From NCBI GenBank assembly GCA_963719015.1, contig CAVRBA010000024.1, positions 8,791 through 72,790 of the forward strand: 64,000 nt of DNA. The letters run 5' to 3'. Positions 1-9,784 of the stretch are shown in pieces. Source of the stretch: an uncultured delta proteobacterium. Its GTDB lineage: Bacteria > Desulfobacterota > Desulfobacteria > Desulfobacterales > SG8-13. The translations under genes were made by a program, and so were the position numbers. A model generated the notes under the pieces. It saw nothing but the letters and a program-made list of their open reading frames with translations. It made no database searches and was not told the origin of the DNA. Position 1 is the first letter of the stretch. The number at the start of each line of letters is the position of its first letter.

Positions 1-1044
1 CAACGGCATTTAGATTCCGATGGCCATGCTAAAATCGCTTCGGTCTGTGGGCGCTATTACGCCATGGATCGTGACAACCGCTGGGAGCGGGTTGAAAAAG
101 CCTACCGGCTATATGTGCATGGCGAAGGTCGCAAAAGCCACAATCCGATTGCCGCAATCAAAGATTCTTACCAGCGGAATCAAACCGACGAGTTTATCGA
201 TCCGGTCGTTGTTACCGACACGGCCGGAATCCCCCTGATGCCCATCACGGACGATGACGGTATCATTTTTTTTAACTTCCGGGCCGACCGTGCCAGGGAA
301 ATTACCCGGGCCTTTACCATTTCGAATTTCGACGGCTTCAGAAGGGATGTTTTCCCCAAACTCTGCGGTTTTACCTGCATGACGCTCTACGACGAGACAT
401 TTAGATTGCCAGTTGCCTTTCCCCCAGTTCATTTAGAAGGGCTTCTCGGTGAAATATTCAGTCGGGAGCACTTGCGGCAGCTACGGATTGCAGAGACGGA
501 AAAATATGCCCATGTCACCTATTTTTTTAACGGTGGCGAGGAAAAGGCCTTTCGGCTTGAAGACAGGTGCATGATACCCTCGCCACGCGATGTCGCAACC
601 TATGACCTAAAACCAGAAATGAGTGCCGTACCGGTCACTGATGAAGTGCTTGCAAGGTTGAAATCCGGTCGCTACGATGTCATCGTCATGAACTTTGCCA
701 ACATGGATATGGTCGGGCACACCGGCGTGCTGCCGGCAGCTGTCAAGGCCTGTGAGTCGGTAGACCGGTGTATCGGTCGTATTATCGAACAGATAAGGAC
801 CATGGGCGGGGTGGCGTTGATTACGGCAGACCATGGAAATTCGGAGAAAATGGTCGATAAAGAGGGCCGGGTCCACACCGCGCATACCCTCAACCCCGTC
901 CCCCTGATTCTAGTGGACGACTCTCGCCGTGGTACCGTTCTGCGAAATGGCATTCTGGCTGATATCGCCCCGACAATCCTTGAATTACTCGCGATCGAAA
1001 AACCTAAAGAGATGACGGGGTCGTCACTACTAAGGCCCTCGTGA
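1..1044 (+). CDS. gpmI: 2,3-bisphosphoglycerate-independent phosphoglycerate mutase, C-terminal part (5' end outside window)
   Basis: Frame 1 is open from nt 1 ([31 protein letters not shown]...), so the listed M at 64 is internal. Typical iPGM C-terminal half including the ADHGNSEKM metal-site region. Confidence 0.9.
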   Translation, partial: QRHLDSDGHAKIASVCGRYYAMDRDNRWERVEKAYRLYVHGEGRKSHNPIAAIKDSYQRNQTDEFIDPVVVTDTAGIPLMPITDDDGIIFFNFRADRAREITRAFTISNFDGFRRDVFPKLCGFTCMTLYDETFRLPVAFPPVHLEGLLGEIFSREHLRQLRIAETEKYAHVTYFFNGGEEKAFRLEDRCMIPSPRDVATYDLKPEMSAVPVTDEVLARLKSGRYDVIVMNFANMDMVGHTGVLPAAVKACESVDRCIGRIIEQIRTMGGVALITADHGNSEKMVDKEGRVHTAHTLNPVPLILVDDSRRGTVLRNGILADIAPTILELLAIEKPKEMTGSSLLRPS

Positions 1045-1066
1045 GCATGAAAAAAGGAGTTTAGGA

Positions 1067-1624
1067 ATGACCGAAATACTCAAACCTTACCGAATGATTA
1101 AAGATTTCGTCACGGGCAAGGACATTCCCGAAGTCGGCGCAGAAGCGAACCGCCAGGCAGTAGAACGGCTGCTGATCCAGGATAAAGGCTTTACGCGGGA
1201 TGATATTGAGGTGGATACGGACATCGCTTTCGAGGTGGCCGGTGAACGGTACGCCTCTGTGGTTGACCTTGTGGTCAGCGTCGACGGAGACGCCCATCGC
1301 TGCATGGTGTTCAAATGTGTTCCCGGATCATTGGCGTCATGCGAGAGGGAAATTGTTGCAGCGGCGCGGTTGTTGGATGAACGCTATCAGATTCCACTTG
1401 CCGTCGTGTCGGACGGTACGAGCGCCGTGGTCCTCGATACAAAAACGGGGAAAAAAATCGGCGACGGTTTGGTGGCGATCCCGAACAAGGCCGCAGCTCG
1501 CCAAATGATGGCTACCCTTCCGTTGCAAGCGTGTCCTGACAAACGCATCGAACGAGAGCGCCTCATTTTCCGTACGTATAACTGTGAATATGTAAATGTG
1601 GCCAAAAACCTGCCGCCACGGTAA
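1067..1624 (+). CDS. Hypothetical protein, HsdR-N-terminal / PD-(D/E)xK-like domain (tentative)
   Basis: 185 aa. AAGGAG Shine-Dalgarno 7 nt before the ATG, 22 nt after gpmI. The VVDLVV...MVFKCV core resembles the stand-alone 'type I restriction enzyme HsdR N-terminal domain' family. This is from memory only. Confidence 0.55.
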   Translation: MTEILKPYRMIKDFVTGKDIPEVGAEANRQAVERLLIQDKGFTRDDIEVDTDIAFEVAGERYASVVDLVVSVDGDAHRCMVFKCVPGSLASCEREIVAAARLLDERYQIPLAVVSDGTSAVVLDTKTGKKIGDGLVAIPNKAAARQMMATLPLQACPDKRIERERLIFRTYNCEYVNVAKNLPPR

Positions 1625-1737
1625 TGAAAGACCTTACCATACCGCTTTTCTGCCAGGAAAGCTTTTACGCCCTACTCCTCGAGGGCGCATTCTGGTTCGG
1701 GACCGCATATTGAATGCCCGAGCCTTTGTCTTAAGAC

Positions 1738-2415
1738 TCAAAGCCCGGCCACATCCGCTCCACAGTATTTGCATTTCTTGGCGCGGCTTTTGATTATTTC
1801 GGCGCAGAAGGGGCACTCTCTTGTAAAATTGCGTTCATGTATTTTTGTTACCGCTTCCTTAAGCTTCGTCTCGAGTATCTGGTTGCCGACCTTGAGATTT
1901 CGCAACGGTTCGATCGCATCGATCTCCCCGATGTCACCAAGCATCTCCACCGCTTTGGTGCGCACACGCATCGGTTCGGTTGGGTCAAGCAGTAATCTTA
2001 ATACCGATGGGCCGTCTTTTGTGACGTAACATTCCGAAAGAAGCGAAAATCCCCGTTTTATGGATTCTTTCAGCGCCTCCTGAGCAGCCACGGCGGCCTC
2101 ATCGATGATCTGGCCCTGAGCACCCATAGGGCTGAAAACAGGCATCAGCTCAAACTGACTCGTACCAGGGTAGTTCATGCACCTGTATGAGGCCGTGTGG
2201 GCATAATTTTCTTTGAGGTGATCCCATCCCTGGGTGTATAGTGAACAGTTATCGTTGAAACAGAGAAACAGGTAAGGTGCTCCCCAACCCAAACCGTCGC
2301 TGAAATTTAGGGGGGGGACTTCCCACAAATTCATTTCTTCGTCACAGTGGGGGCACTTGGGCTTCTCCATTGCAAGCACACGCTCAAGCACTTCCTCCTT
2401 GGTCTCAAATGCCAT
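1738..2415 (-). CDS. Double zinc-ribbon protein with HEAT-like helical repeat region
   Basis: I chose the start at MAFETKEE (ATG 2415), which has a GGAGG 6 nt upstream. The longer listed ORF (to 2631) has an implausible N-terminus. CPHC...CFNDNC near the N-terminus, CPFC...CKYC at the C-terminus, and AVEMLGDIGEIDAIEPL is HEAT-like. Confidence 0.6.
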   Translation of the reverse strand: MAFETKEEVLERVLAMEKPKCPHCDEEMNLWEVPPLNFSDGLGWGAPYLFLCFNDNCSLYTQGWDHLKENYAHTASYRCMNYPGTSQFELMPVFSPMGAQGQIIDEAAVAAQEALKESIKRGFSLLSECYVTKDGPSVLRLLLDPTEPMRVRTKAVEMLGDIGEIDAIEPLRNLKVGNQILETKLKEAVTKIHERNFTRECPFCAEIIKSRAKKCKYCGADVAGL

Positions 2416-2995
2416 GTACATCCTCCATATCTGACTGTGGTCTCGTGCCCGGCATAGCAACATCCTCTCGGAATGACCGGTTTCGCCAGGGCGGGTATTT
2501 GTTTCGAAATACGCGGTAAACGTAATCCTGAATTGCGGATTGTCAACAATGTCGGAACGATCGCCGCCGCCAAAAAGAATACGCGTTCGAGCCATGCATC
2601 GGAAGTCCCACCGGAAGCCATACCATGGCATTCACTCCAATCCACACATATGTAACGGCGTACGAATCCTATTGCAGAATGCATAGAAAATATGCTGCGG
2701 CGAAACCGCGGTTACAGAAACAGTGTATTTGAACGATACCCGGTCTGAAATATAACGACAGCCTCACAGTAATTAACACTTTTAGCCGTGAACATTCACT
2801 TCCGCATCAGCAGCTGAAATGCAAATCGGATTACATACCGCATCGGTGCTATTGCGCGGAATGTCGGCATTGTTGACGGGGACGTTCGCATGCGGATACG
2901 CCTGTCGGCGACCGGGAAAAGTATCTTCTCAATCGCTAAAAAAAGGTATGAAAAGGGTTCAATTATTGAAAGGAAAACAAAGAGGGGAAGGGGTA

Positions 2996-3199
2996 ATGAC
3001 CATCGATCGCTACATAATGGCTTTCGCCGGAGGATTCATCATTATCAGTGTCCTGCTGGCTGTATTTCACAGCTTGAACTGGCTTCTATTCACAGCATTT
3101 GTGGGATTCAATTTGCTCCAGTCTGCATTCACGGGGTTTTGTCCGTTGGCGATTGTGTTGAGAAAGCTCGGGATTAAAGCCGGAGCGGTCTTTTCTTAA
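2996..3199 (+). CDS. DUF2892 (YgaP-like) small membrane protein
   Basis: 67 aa from the internal ATG 2996, preceded by a GAGGGGAAGGGG purine tract. Two hydrophobic helices and the hallmark TGFCPL motif. The upstream part of the listed ORF looks non-coding. Confidence 0.65.
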   Translation: MTIDRYIMAFAGGFIIISVLLAVFHSLNWLLFTAFVGFNLLQSAFTGFCPLAIVLRKLGIKAGAVFS

Positions 3200-3360
3200 T
3201 CTACACCCTTGCTGGAGGAATTGTTGAATGGTCTCGTCGAGACCTCTGTGCCTCAACGCGTGGAAAAACCGCCAGTTACGGATAGATCGTCATATCGCAT
3301 CAGGGGAATGAGGCGGAGTAACCGGCGCTCGCAAGCCGGTTGCCGATCTTTCGGCCCCGC

Positions 3361-3981
3361 TCATTTCCCAACGAGAAATATACCGTAAGTGGCCCGCAAA
3401 TTCTGCATCCATTGAACGGTCCTGCCTTTGCGGTCGTGGATACTGATGGCTGTTTCCTTAAAGATTTTGAAACCGACGGTGCGGGCGAACTTTCTGAAAT
3501 CTTTGAGGGATATTACGCGGATATTGGGCGTGTCATACCACTGGTAAGGGAGTTGTCGCGTGACCGGCGCATAACCGGTTGTCAGAAGCTGAAATCGCAC
3601 CTGCCAATGGCTGAAGTTCGGGAAACTCACGACGGCTTTTTTCCCAATGCGTAAAATCGAACGGAGCAAAGCGGCCGGTTCATAAACCTGCTGCAGGGTT
3701 TGGCTCAAGATGACATAATCGAAAGCACCGTCAGGATAGTCAAGGACTTCAGCATTGATATCTCCCTGGAGAACTGTCACACCTTTTTCAATACATTGAG
3801 CGACCTTCTCTTCATCATGTTCGATGCCGGTTCCGCGAACTTCCTTGCGCGACTTCAAATAAAACAGCAGATCCCCCTCGCCGCATCCGAGGTCCAGCAC
3901 CCGGGTGTTCGGTTCGATCCACGAAGCAATAATCTGAAGGTCGAACCGGATCCTATTATTGTCGAAATTCAGAGTGGACAC
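3361..3981 (-). CDS. metW: Methionine biosynthesis protein MetW
   Basis: 206 aa. VLDLGCGEGDLL SAM-MTase-like motif and full-length resemblance to MetW. Its start overlaps the metX 3' end by 26 nt. Confidence 0.9.
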   Translation of the reverse strand: MSTLNFDNNRIRFDLQIIASWIEPNTRVLDLGCGEGDLLFYLKSRKEVRGTGIEHDEEKVAQCIEKGVTVLQGDINAEVLDYPDGAFDYVILSQTLQQVYEPAALLRSILRIGKKAVVSFPNFSHWQVRFQLLTTGYAPVTRQLPYQWYDTPNIRVISLKDFRKFARTVGFKIFKETAISIHDRKGRTVQWMQNLRATYGIFLVGK

Positions 3982-5128
3982 GTCCTAAAAACCCTTCGAT
4001 CAATTTTGTCAGCCGTTCACTGGGGAGGAGAAACGCATCGTGTCCCCAGTCCGCCTCAATTTCGCAAAAACTGACCTCCAATCCGTTTTTCTTCATGGTC
4101 TGCACTATCGACCGGGATTGGTAAGTCGGATACAACCAGTCGGACGTAAATGAAATCACGAAATATTTGGCAACAGCGCCTGAAAAGGCTTCGACCAGCG
4201 AACCGCCACCGTATTGTCGCTCCAGATCGAAGTAATCAGCCGCTTTGGAAATGTAAAGAAAACTATTGGCATCGAAGCGCTCGACAAATTTGGTCCCTTG
4301 ATATCGCAAATAACTCTCAACCTGAAAGTCAGCATCAAAGTTAAAAGAAAGGTCATTTTTATCCTGTAGTCTGCGTCCAAATTTTTGACGCATGGCAGCA
4401 TCGGAGAGATAAGTGATGTGACCGATCATTCGCGCAACAGCCAATCCCGTATCTGGTCGCTGTTTACCATAATAGTTTCCGTTGTTCCAATTCGGATCGG
4501 CCATAATCGCTTGTCGGGCGACCTCGTTAAACGCAATGGCCAGCGCTGAATGCCTGGTGGTGGTCGCCAGCGGGATGGCGGCATAAACCATTTCCGGATA
4601 CCGGACAGTCCATTCCAGGACTTGCATACCACCGATGGACCCGCCGATTACCGCCAGGAGTCGATCAACACCCAGGTGATCGACCAGGGCCTTTTGCGCC
4701 CTAACCATATCACCGATGGTCACCATTGGAAAATTCTTACCATAAGGTCGCCCAGTGGCCGGATCAATCGATCGCGGGCCGGTTGACCCCATACAGCTGC
4801 CAAGAATATTAGAACAGATGACAAAGTATTTATCCGTATCGATTCCCTTACCGGGCCCCACCATGATGTCCCACCAACCTGGTTTCGGATCCTCCGCGTT
4901 GTAATACCCGGCCGCATGAGCATCACCGGAAAGGGCGTGGAGCAAAAGTATGGCATTCGATCGGTCAGACGCAAGTGTCCCGTAAGTTTCATAAGCAATC
5001 GAAATGGGTCCCAAATGCGTACCACTCTCAAGGACCATCTCGTTCGGGGATTCTGCAAAGGTGAAGGTCTTTTTCACCACGATACCAACCGACCGCCCTT
5101 GGGTATCGTGTTCGATGTATTCACTCAT
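3956..5128 (-). CDS. metX: Homoserine O-acetyltransferase
   Basis: 390 aa alpha/beta hydrolase with GGSIGGMQ nucleophile elbow and the typical MetX N-terminus (SVGIV...FTF...LESG..L....IAYETYG). Confidence 0.92.
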   Translation of the reverse strand: MSEYIEHDTQGRSVGIVVKKTFTFAESPNEMVLESGTHLGPISIAYETYGTLASDRSNAILLLHALSGDAHAAGYYNAEDPKPGWWDIMVGPGKGIDTDKYFVICSNILGSCMGSTGPRSIDPATGRPYGKNFPMVTIGDMVRAQKALVDHLGVDRLLAVIGGSIGGMQVLEWTVRYPEMVYAAIPLATTTRHSALAIAFNEVARQAIMADPNWNNGNYYGKQRPDTGLAVARMIGHITYLSDAAMRQKFGRRLQDKNDLSFNFDADFQVESYLRYQGTKFVERFDANSFLYISKAADYFDLERQYGGGSLVEAFSGAVAKYFVISFTSDWLYPTYQSRSIVQTMKKNGLEVSFCEIEADWGHDAFLLPSERLTKLIEGFLGRVHSEFRQ

Positions 5129-5138
5129 GGTAAATATG

Positions 5139-5242
5139 TTATACCGCTTTTCAAAAATAAATTCCGCAATACAGAAGGTTGGTATAAGTGGTTGTAGAAA
5201 AAAACGTTCGCATAACGGAACGTTTTTTTGACAACCACTAAA
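5139..5242 (+). repeat. Structured intergenic repeat, copy 1 (orientation A on + strand)
   Basis: TTATACCGCTTTTCAAAAATAAATTCCGCAATAC...GTGGTTGTAGAAAAAAACGTTCGCATAACGGAACGTTTTTTTGACAACCAC. Near-identical to the copies at 10509, 43497 and 58915. Confidence 0.9.
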
Positions 5243-5421
5243 TCAAGAAAACCGAGTCGCCTATAGTCGCGTTGCATCTTATTCTGAACAATATTCATTA
5301 ATTTGGCGGGGAAACTGCTACGGGTCGATCGAAGGGAAGGCCTCGTCAACCATGACCATAAAACGTATAGGGTAATGGGGTCAGCTGGCCAACGCCAGCA
5401 ACGGATAATTGGTCAGGGGGG

Positions 5422-5802
5422 CTATGTAGCAGTCAGATTCTTGAAGATCTTACAGGATCGACAAATGGCCATTTTTTCTTTCCATGATTTCTGGATCGTG
5501 CCGCAGCAAATCGTTCCATTGATGAACCAGCACATCTTACCGGTTTGAAATTCCCAAGCCGGACAGTTTGTCCTGCGTTCGTCTGGGCAATTTTTCGTCT
5601 GCCAGCAATTTTGGGTAGAATGACCATCTGGCCGTTTTCGGGAAATGAGGAAAAATACCTGCCGTTCGACGGAAGCCGGCACGGACCGCCATCCCTGCTC
5701 GTAACTGTGAATCGCTTTGATGGATACACCAAGCAATTGGGCCATTTCTTTTTGAGTTTTTTCAAGCTTCTTGCGGTAGAGTTTAAATTCCTTGTTGTCC
5801 AT
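5422..5802 (-). CDS. XRE-family HTH regulator fused to a Cys-rich two-CW-like domain
   Basis: 126 aa. The N-terminus (LYRKKLEKTQKEMAQLLGVSIKAIHSYEQG) is a Cro/C1-type HTH. The C-terminus (NCWQTKNCPDERRTNCPAWEFQTGKMCWFINGTICCGT...CRSC) has 9 Cys including two C-W pairs. Confidence 0.7.
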   Translation of the reverse strand: MDNKEFKLYRKKLEKTQKEMAQLLGVSIKAIHSYEQGWRSVPASVERQVFFLISRKRPDGHSTQNCWQTKNCPDERRTNCPAWEFQTGKMCWFINGTICCGTIQKSWKEKMAICRSCKIFKNLTAT

Positions 5803-6080
5803 GCCCGATCCTTTTCACCCGTTTCCGTCCGGCCCTGCCGCAGAGAAGCGCTACAATTCTGAGGGCACTCTATACACCGGCAATGCTTGTATTATGTTGC
5901 ACCTAAATATTAATAACTCCCACATTGTGGCAATATCTGTCAACAGGAATTATGTTCCGCTACTTTTAAAAGCAAAATAAATATTTTCGTGTTAAGATTG
6001 CACTCTTTTTGAAAGGGCTGAAAAATATTCATTAAAAATATGGGCCATAGGTATTATATCATCGTAACAAAGGTAGGCGG

Positions 6081-6791
6081 ATGCATCTTCATAAAGTAAT
6101 CATCGCAAACAGCAGGTTCCCGACCGTCAAACACTTTCCCTTCAATCTAACGATCTTAAGGCGGACGGCATCCCTTCACTTTCACACACCGATCACTTTT
6201 TTTTCCGGCGAGAACGGCACCGGCAAATCGACCCTACTTAAAGCGGTCGCCCGACGCAGCGGTGTCAACATCTGGCAGGGAGAACAACGCATCCGCTACG
6301 CTGCCAGTCCCTATGAAAATTACCTGAGCCAGGCCATCGATCTGGAATGGATTGGCAGTCCTGTCGGCGGTTCCTTCTTTGATTCACAGGTATTTAGGAA
6401 TTTCGCCCAGATATTGGACGACTGGGCTGCCAGCGACCCCGAAGTGCTGGTATACTTCGGCGGCAAGTCGCTGATGCAGCAATCGCACGGTCAATCTCTC
6501 ATGTCATTTTTTAACTCGCGCTTTAAGATTGAAGGATTGTACATCCTGGATGAACCTGAGACCGCACTTTCGCCCAAAAGCCAGATAGAACTCTTAAAGC
6601 TTCTCAGAAACATGGCCGCGGCCGGCCACGCACAATTTATCATTGCCACGCACTCACCGATTCTCCTGGCCTGCCCGGAGGCCAAAATTCTAAGTTTTGA
6701 TCACGCGCCGATCCACACAGTTAAATACGAAGAAACCGACTACTATCGCATTTACAAGCAGTTTCTGGACGATAGATGGCACTATCTCTAA
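6081..6791 (+). CDS. AAA/ABC-like ATPase (stand-alone, COG3910-like)
   Basis: 236 aa. Walker A GENGTGKST, Walker B LYILDEPETALS, and a H-loop-like ATHSPIL. No fused effector domain. Confidence 0.75.
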   Translation: MHLHKVIIANSRFPTVKHFPFNLTILRRTASLHFHTPITFFSGENGTGKSTLLKAVARRSGVNIWQGEQRIRYAASPYENYLSQAIDLEWIGSPVGGSFFDSQVFRNFAQILDDWAASDPEVLVYFGGKSLMQQSHGQSLMSFFNSRFKIEGLYILDEPETALSPKSQIELLKLLRNMAAAGHAQFIIATHSPILLACPEAKILSFDHAPIHTVKYEETDYYRIYKQFLDDRWHYL

Positions 6792-6832
6792 TTCCCGGTG
6801 CCCAGCAAGGCTATCATCTCGCCTGAAACGGC

Positions 6833-7879
6833 TCATCCTTGATCGTTAAAAAATGGTCGGGCGTCAGTGGCAGTTTGCTCCGGAGACGAAAAAGTGGTCA
6901 TGTCACCCAGCATGACTTCATAACCGGTATGATCGCTACGTACCCAGCAGGCATGGTTCGAGCGAGCCAGAATAACGGTTCGCAGTTCAAGGCGGCTGTC
7001 CGGTTCCTCTACGGATAAAATCCCCAGGTTGTATCCATTGCGACCGAGGCTACGGTAATAACGATGGATGTTGAGAAGGCCCTCGGAAAGGTATAACCAA
7101 TCTTCTTGGCGAAGATTTACAAGGGAACACTCACCGGGTAGAATCCCCCAGACCTCGTAGAATCCTTCGGGTGCAAACGCTGAGATCCACTCCCAATTAC
7201 CGGTCCGACCAATGTAACGTTTACCGTCTGTTTTCTCGTGTTTCAAATAGCTGCTGAAAAGGCGGTGACCAGAAAGTCGGTAGAACCGGTCCGCCTGAGC
7301 TTGCAGAAACCGGTGATAGTTGGGGGGAAATCTGTCGGCATTAATTTGCAGATGGGGATGAAGCAACGACCCGCCGGCCGATGGTAAATGGTTCTGGGTA
7401 ATAGCCGTGTAAACTGCCGGTGGGTCATGCCCGCGGATCCGACGGAGGTAATTTCCGCAGTTGATGAAGCTATCGGTGTAGGTTGATGCAGAGGCTGTGC
7501 CGATTTCAACAAAGTGCGCATCGTCAATCAGGCTGACGGCCGAATAGCTGCCGTAAGGGTACAGGTTGGGAAACAGAATCGATTCTCCCTGCACCAGGCG
7601 ACCTTCCGGAGCCAACAAGGGATCTATGCGAGGGGTTTGTGTAACCACCTGCGGCCGGCAAAATGGACAAGAAACCCTGTCATTCCGGTCGGGAGGTGCT
7701 TCGGGTAAGGTTTCATTTCCAATATCTTTTTCATTCGCCCGGCTAAAGGCAATTCGGCAGGTCCGACCGGATATGGGATGTATTCGGATCTCTATCACCC
7801 TCTCCACCGGCTGACCAGCGGGATCGACAAACCGTGCGGTAATTCTTTGGCCTTCGAACGTTAGTTGTGACTTCTGCAT
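6833..7879 (-). CDS. Galactose-1-phosphate uridylyltransferase-family (HIT superfamily) protein
   Basis: 348 aa. CPFC zinc motif and a HPHLQ His-x-His-x-Gln nucleotidyl-transfer motif, as in GalT / ADP-glucose phosphorylase-type enzymes. Confidence 0.7.
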   Translation of the reverse strand: MQKSQLTFEGQRITARFVDPAGQPVERVIEIRIHPISGRTCRIAFSRANEKDIGNETLPEAPPDRNDRVSCPFCRPQVVTQTPRIDPLLAPEGRLVQGESILFPNLYPYGSYSAVSLIDDAHFVEIGTASASTYTDSFINCGNYLRRIRGHDPPAVYTAITQNHLPSAGGSLLHPHLQINADRFPPNYHRFLQAQADRFYRLSGHRLFSSYLKHEKTDGKRYIGRTGNWEWISAFAPEGFYEVWGILPGECSLVNLRQEDWLYLSEGLLNIHRYYRSLGRNGYNLGILSVEEPDSRLELRTVILARSNHACWVRSDHTGYEVMLGDMTTFSSPEQTATDARPFFNDQG

Positions 7880-7929
7880 CGGCAGATCTTTCTGCGAACG
7901 TGCGGTCGCTTACCGCCTATTCTCATATT

Positions 7930-9456
7930 TCAGTCCGTTTGTTCGGGGGCGGCGGAAAGAATCTGCACGCCGAGCTTGCCGATTATGTGCACCAGAGGCA
8001 GCAGATCATTAAGCGCATCACCTTCCACTAACTTGATATGGGTCGCATCGGCCGGGACTTGACTGAAAATGGGGTCCACCGCCACCCAACGGCCTTCAAT
8101 TAAGCTCTCGTCCCAGCTGTGGTATAGAAACCCGGTTAAACGGGGAACATATACAATCCCGTTGACGACGCGGGTTGGTATGTCCAGACTCCGCGCAAAC
8201 GCCGCAAAGAGCATGGCGTAACCCTGGCACTCTGCCCGACGGTTTTTTAAAACGTCAAAGGCAGTAAATACATCGACCGCCTCGCGTTTGATATGGGTCT
8301 GCATCCAATCGATCAATGTCTGCACGCGATCCTGATCATCTTGCGCAGCCGCTGCGATCTCGAGGGCCATTCGGCGAATATCGGGGTGTTCCGAGGAAAC
8401 ACTAAACGAGGGAAGCAGGTAACGGCGATCGAAATTCTCTCCCCCCGACAGCCGTTTATTTTCAGATCCGGGGGCAATGGACGCTTTCGATATCTGACAG
8501 ATCTTGGCATTGCCCCAGCGGTGGCAGGTTTGTCGTTCATCATCGGGCAGACCAACGGTATCGGTCAGACCTGAGATAACCACTGTCATCGATTGAAGTG
8601 TTTCGGGTGCGTGGTCAAGACTGTCGCTTTTTATCAGGCTGAAGTCGAGCAGAGCCTCTTCTTTGTTAAAAGCGGCCTGGGTAAGGTATTGCAGGGCGTC
8701 TTTCTGGCTCTCGAGGGCCGATATGACAGTTCCGCCCAGTGACATTTCCAGCTGCGGCACCCCCCGGTTGTCCATCCAGGTTGTCACCGTTTGGCCCCTG
8801 AACCGGGTCTGGATTTTAAACGCCGGGCCTGTAAACAGCTCGCTTTCTTCATAAGCGGTAATTTCCTGTTCCACGCGCTCTATTTTCTGTGTCTGCCCGT
8901 CGAAAACATCATACCTGTATTGGCGACCGACTTCAAGCCCGTGAACCAGTGGATAGAGCAGAATGGCGCTTGAGGGATAAACCGGGGATGCGGTCGGAAT
9001 GCTCTGACGAATCGTCTCTCCCCCACTGTGGATGGTCATCGTCAATTGGTTCCCATTCAGCTGGCCGGATACCGCTAACTGACTCTCATCAAGACCAATG
9101 GTGTAATCGAAACGAATGAGTGAAAGGTCAGCGGCAACCAGGTCATGAGATTTAAGGTTAACTTTTTTGTCTATCAGCAGGAAACGGAATTGGAAATAGG
9201 CTTCTGAATATATGTCATAACGGTTCTGGTCGTTTGGGGATGGCGATCGGTGGAAATGGGAGAAGCCGATTTTGGTACCGTTGAAAACGATGCCGGTCCA
9301 ATATTCAGATACAGGCTGTTCGAATAGGAGCATCTGCGTCAACCGTGGAGCCTGATCAACTTTGCGGAAATATCGACCGGTGCAACTTCCCAAAATCAGA
9401 ACACAAACCAGAACAGTGAGGGGATAAAGGTATTTCGGCTGTAATTTTGAGTCCAT
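7930..9456 (-). CDS. Transglutaminase-like domain lipoprotein
   Basis: I chose the start at MDSKLQPKYLYPLTVLVCVLILGSC, which has a lipobox (LGSC). The C-terminal transglutaminase core is CQGYAMLFAAFARSLDIPTRVV...YHSWDE...VAVDP (Cys-His-Asp). Confidence 0.75.
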   Translation of the reverse strand: MDSKLQPKYLYPLTVLVCVLILGSCTGRYFRKVDQAPRLTQMLLFEQPVSEYWTGIVFNGTKIGFSHFHRSPSPNDQNRYDIYSEAYFQFRFLLIDKKVNLKSHDLVAADLSLIRFDYTIGLDESQLAVSGQLNGNQLTMTIHSGGETIRQSIPTASPVYPSSAILLYPLVHGLEVGRQYRYDVFDGQTQKIERVEQEITAYEESELFTGPAFKIQTRFRGQTVTTWMDNRGVPQLEMSLGGTVISALESQKDALQYLTQAAFNKEEALLDFSLIKSDSLDHAPETLQSMTVVISGLTDTVGLPDDERQTCHRWGNAKICQISKASIAPGSENKRLSGGENFDRRYLLPSFSVSSEHPDIRRMALEIAAAAQDDQDRVQTLIDWMQTHIKREAVDVFTAFDVLKNRRAECQGYAMLFAAFARSLDIPTRVVNGIVYVPRLTGFLYHSWDESLIEGRWVAVDPIFSQVPADATHIKLVEGDALNDLLPLVHIIGKLGVQILSAAPEQTD

Positions 9457-9705
9457 GATTTTAACGGTCGAAATGTAATTCCCTTTCGGGCAGAATGGTG
9501 AAGAAGCTATCCGGCCACTGCGGGATGCTCCGAAAGAACTGGTTTTCAGGGCGATTATCCGGTCTGCCTCAAATCGTGCGAGAATCAAGGTGGCAGGGAC
9601 TTCGGCCCATGCCTCCGGCTTGACACCCGGGATAAACGCTCTTAGTCTCTCTCATTGCTAACATAAAATTGGATCTTTGGGAAAAGAGTGTGTGTTGACG
9701 CCGCC

Positions 9706-9766
9706 ACTCTACAGCCACTGATACCACCCTTCCAATTTCTGGATCTTATTTTTGAAAAGCAGTTTG
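9706..9766 (-). repeat. Decayed/partial copy of the intergenic repeat
   Basis: CTACAGCCACTGATACCACCCTTCCAATTTCTGGATCTTATTTTTGAAAAGCAG matches the right half of the family. The inner long hairpin is deleted. Confidence 0.7.
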
Positions 9767-9784
9767 TAAAAACAAGAGGCACTT

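Noticed and set aside
2416-2631. N-terminal extensions of listed ORFs (1738-2631, 2819-2995, 9457-9588, 25218-25247, 39551-39658, 52806-52910, 60332-60394, 36175-36267).
   Set aside because: Internal starts have an SD and give canonical family N-termini (lipobox, MHEMG of HypA, GKVAIYPGSFDP of CoaD and so on). The extensions are compositionally odd.
5004-5231. Small ORFs that share peptides such as YRFSKINSAIRKGGISG or VVKKTFRYANVFFYNHLY (5004-5231, 5125-5349, 10406-10789, 43328-43678, 50426-50761, 58786-59007).
   Set aside because: The similarity comes from the nucleotide repeat family. The frames differ between copies and run into flanking non-coding DNA.
9488-9570. B12-riboswitch-like words on the + strand (GGTGAAGAAGC, GCCACTG, GGTCTGCC).
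   Set aside because: It lacks the AAAUCC...CCCGC..CUGU core and the GGGAAGG element. It appears to be a chance assembly of short words, unlike the element at 18345-18610.
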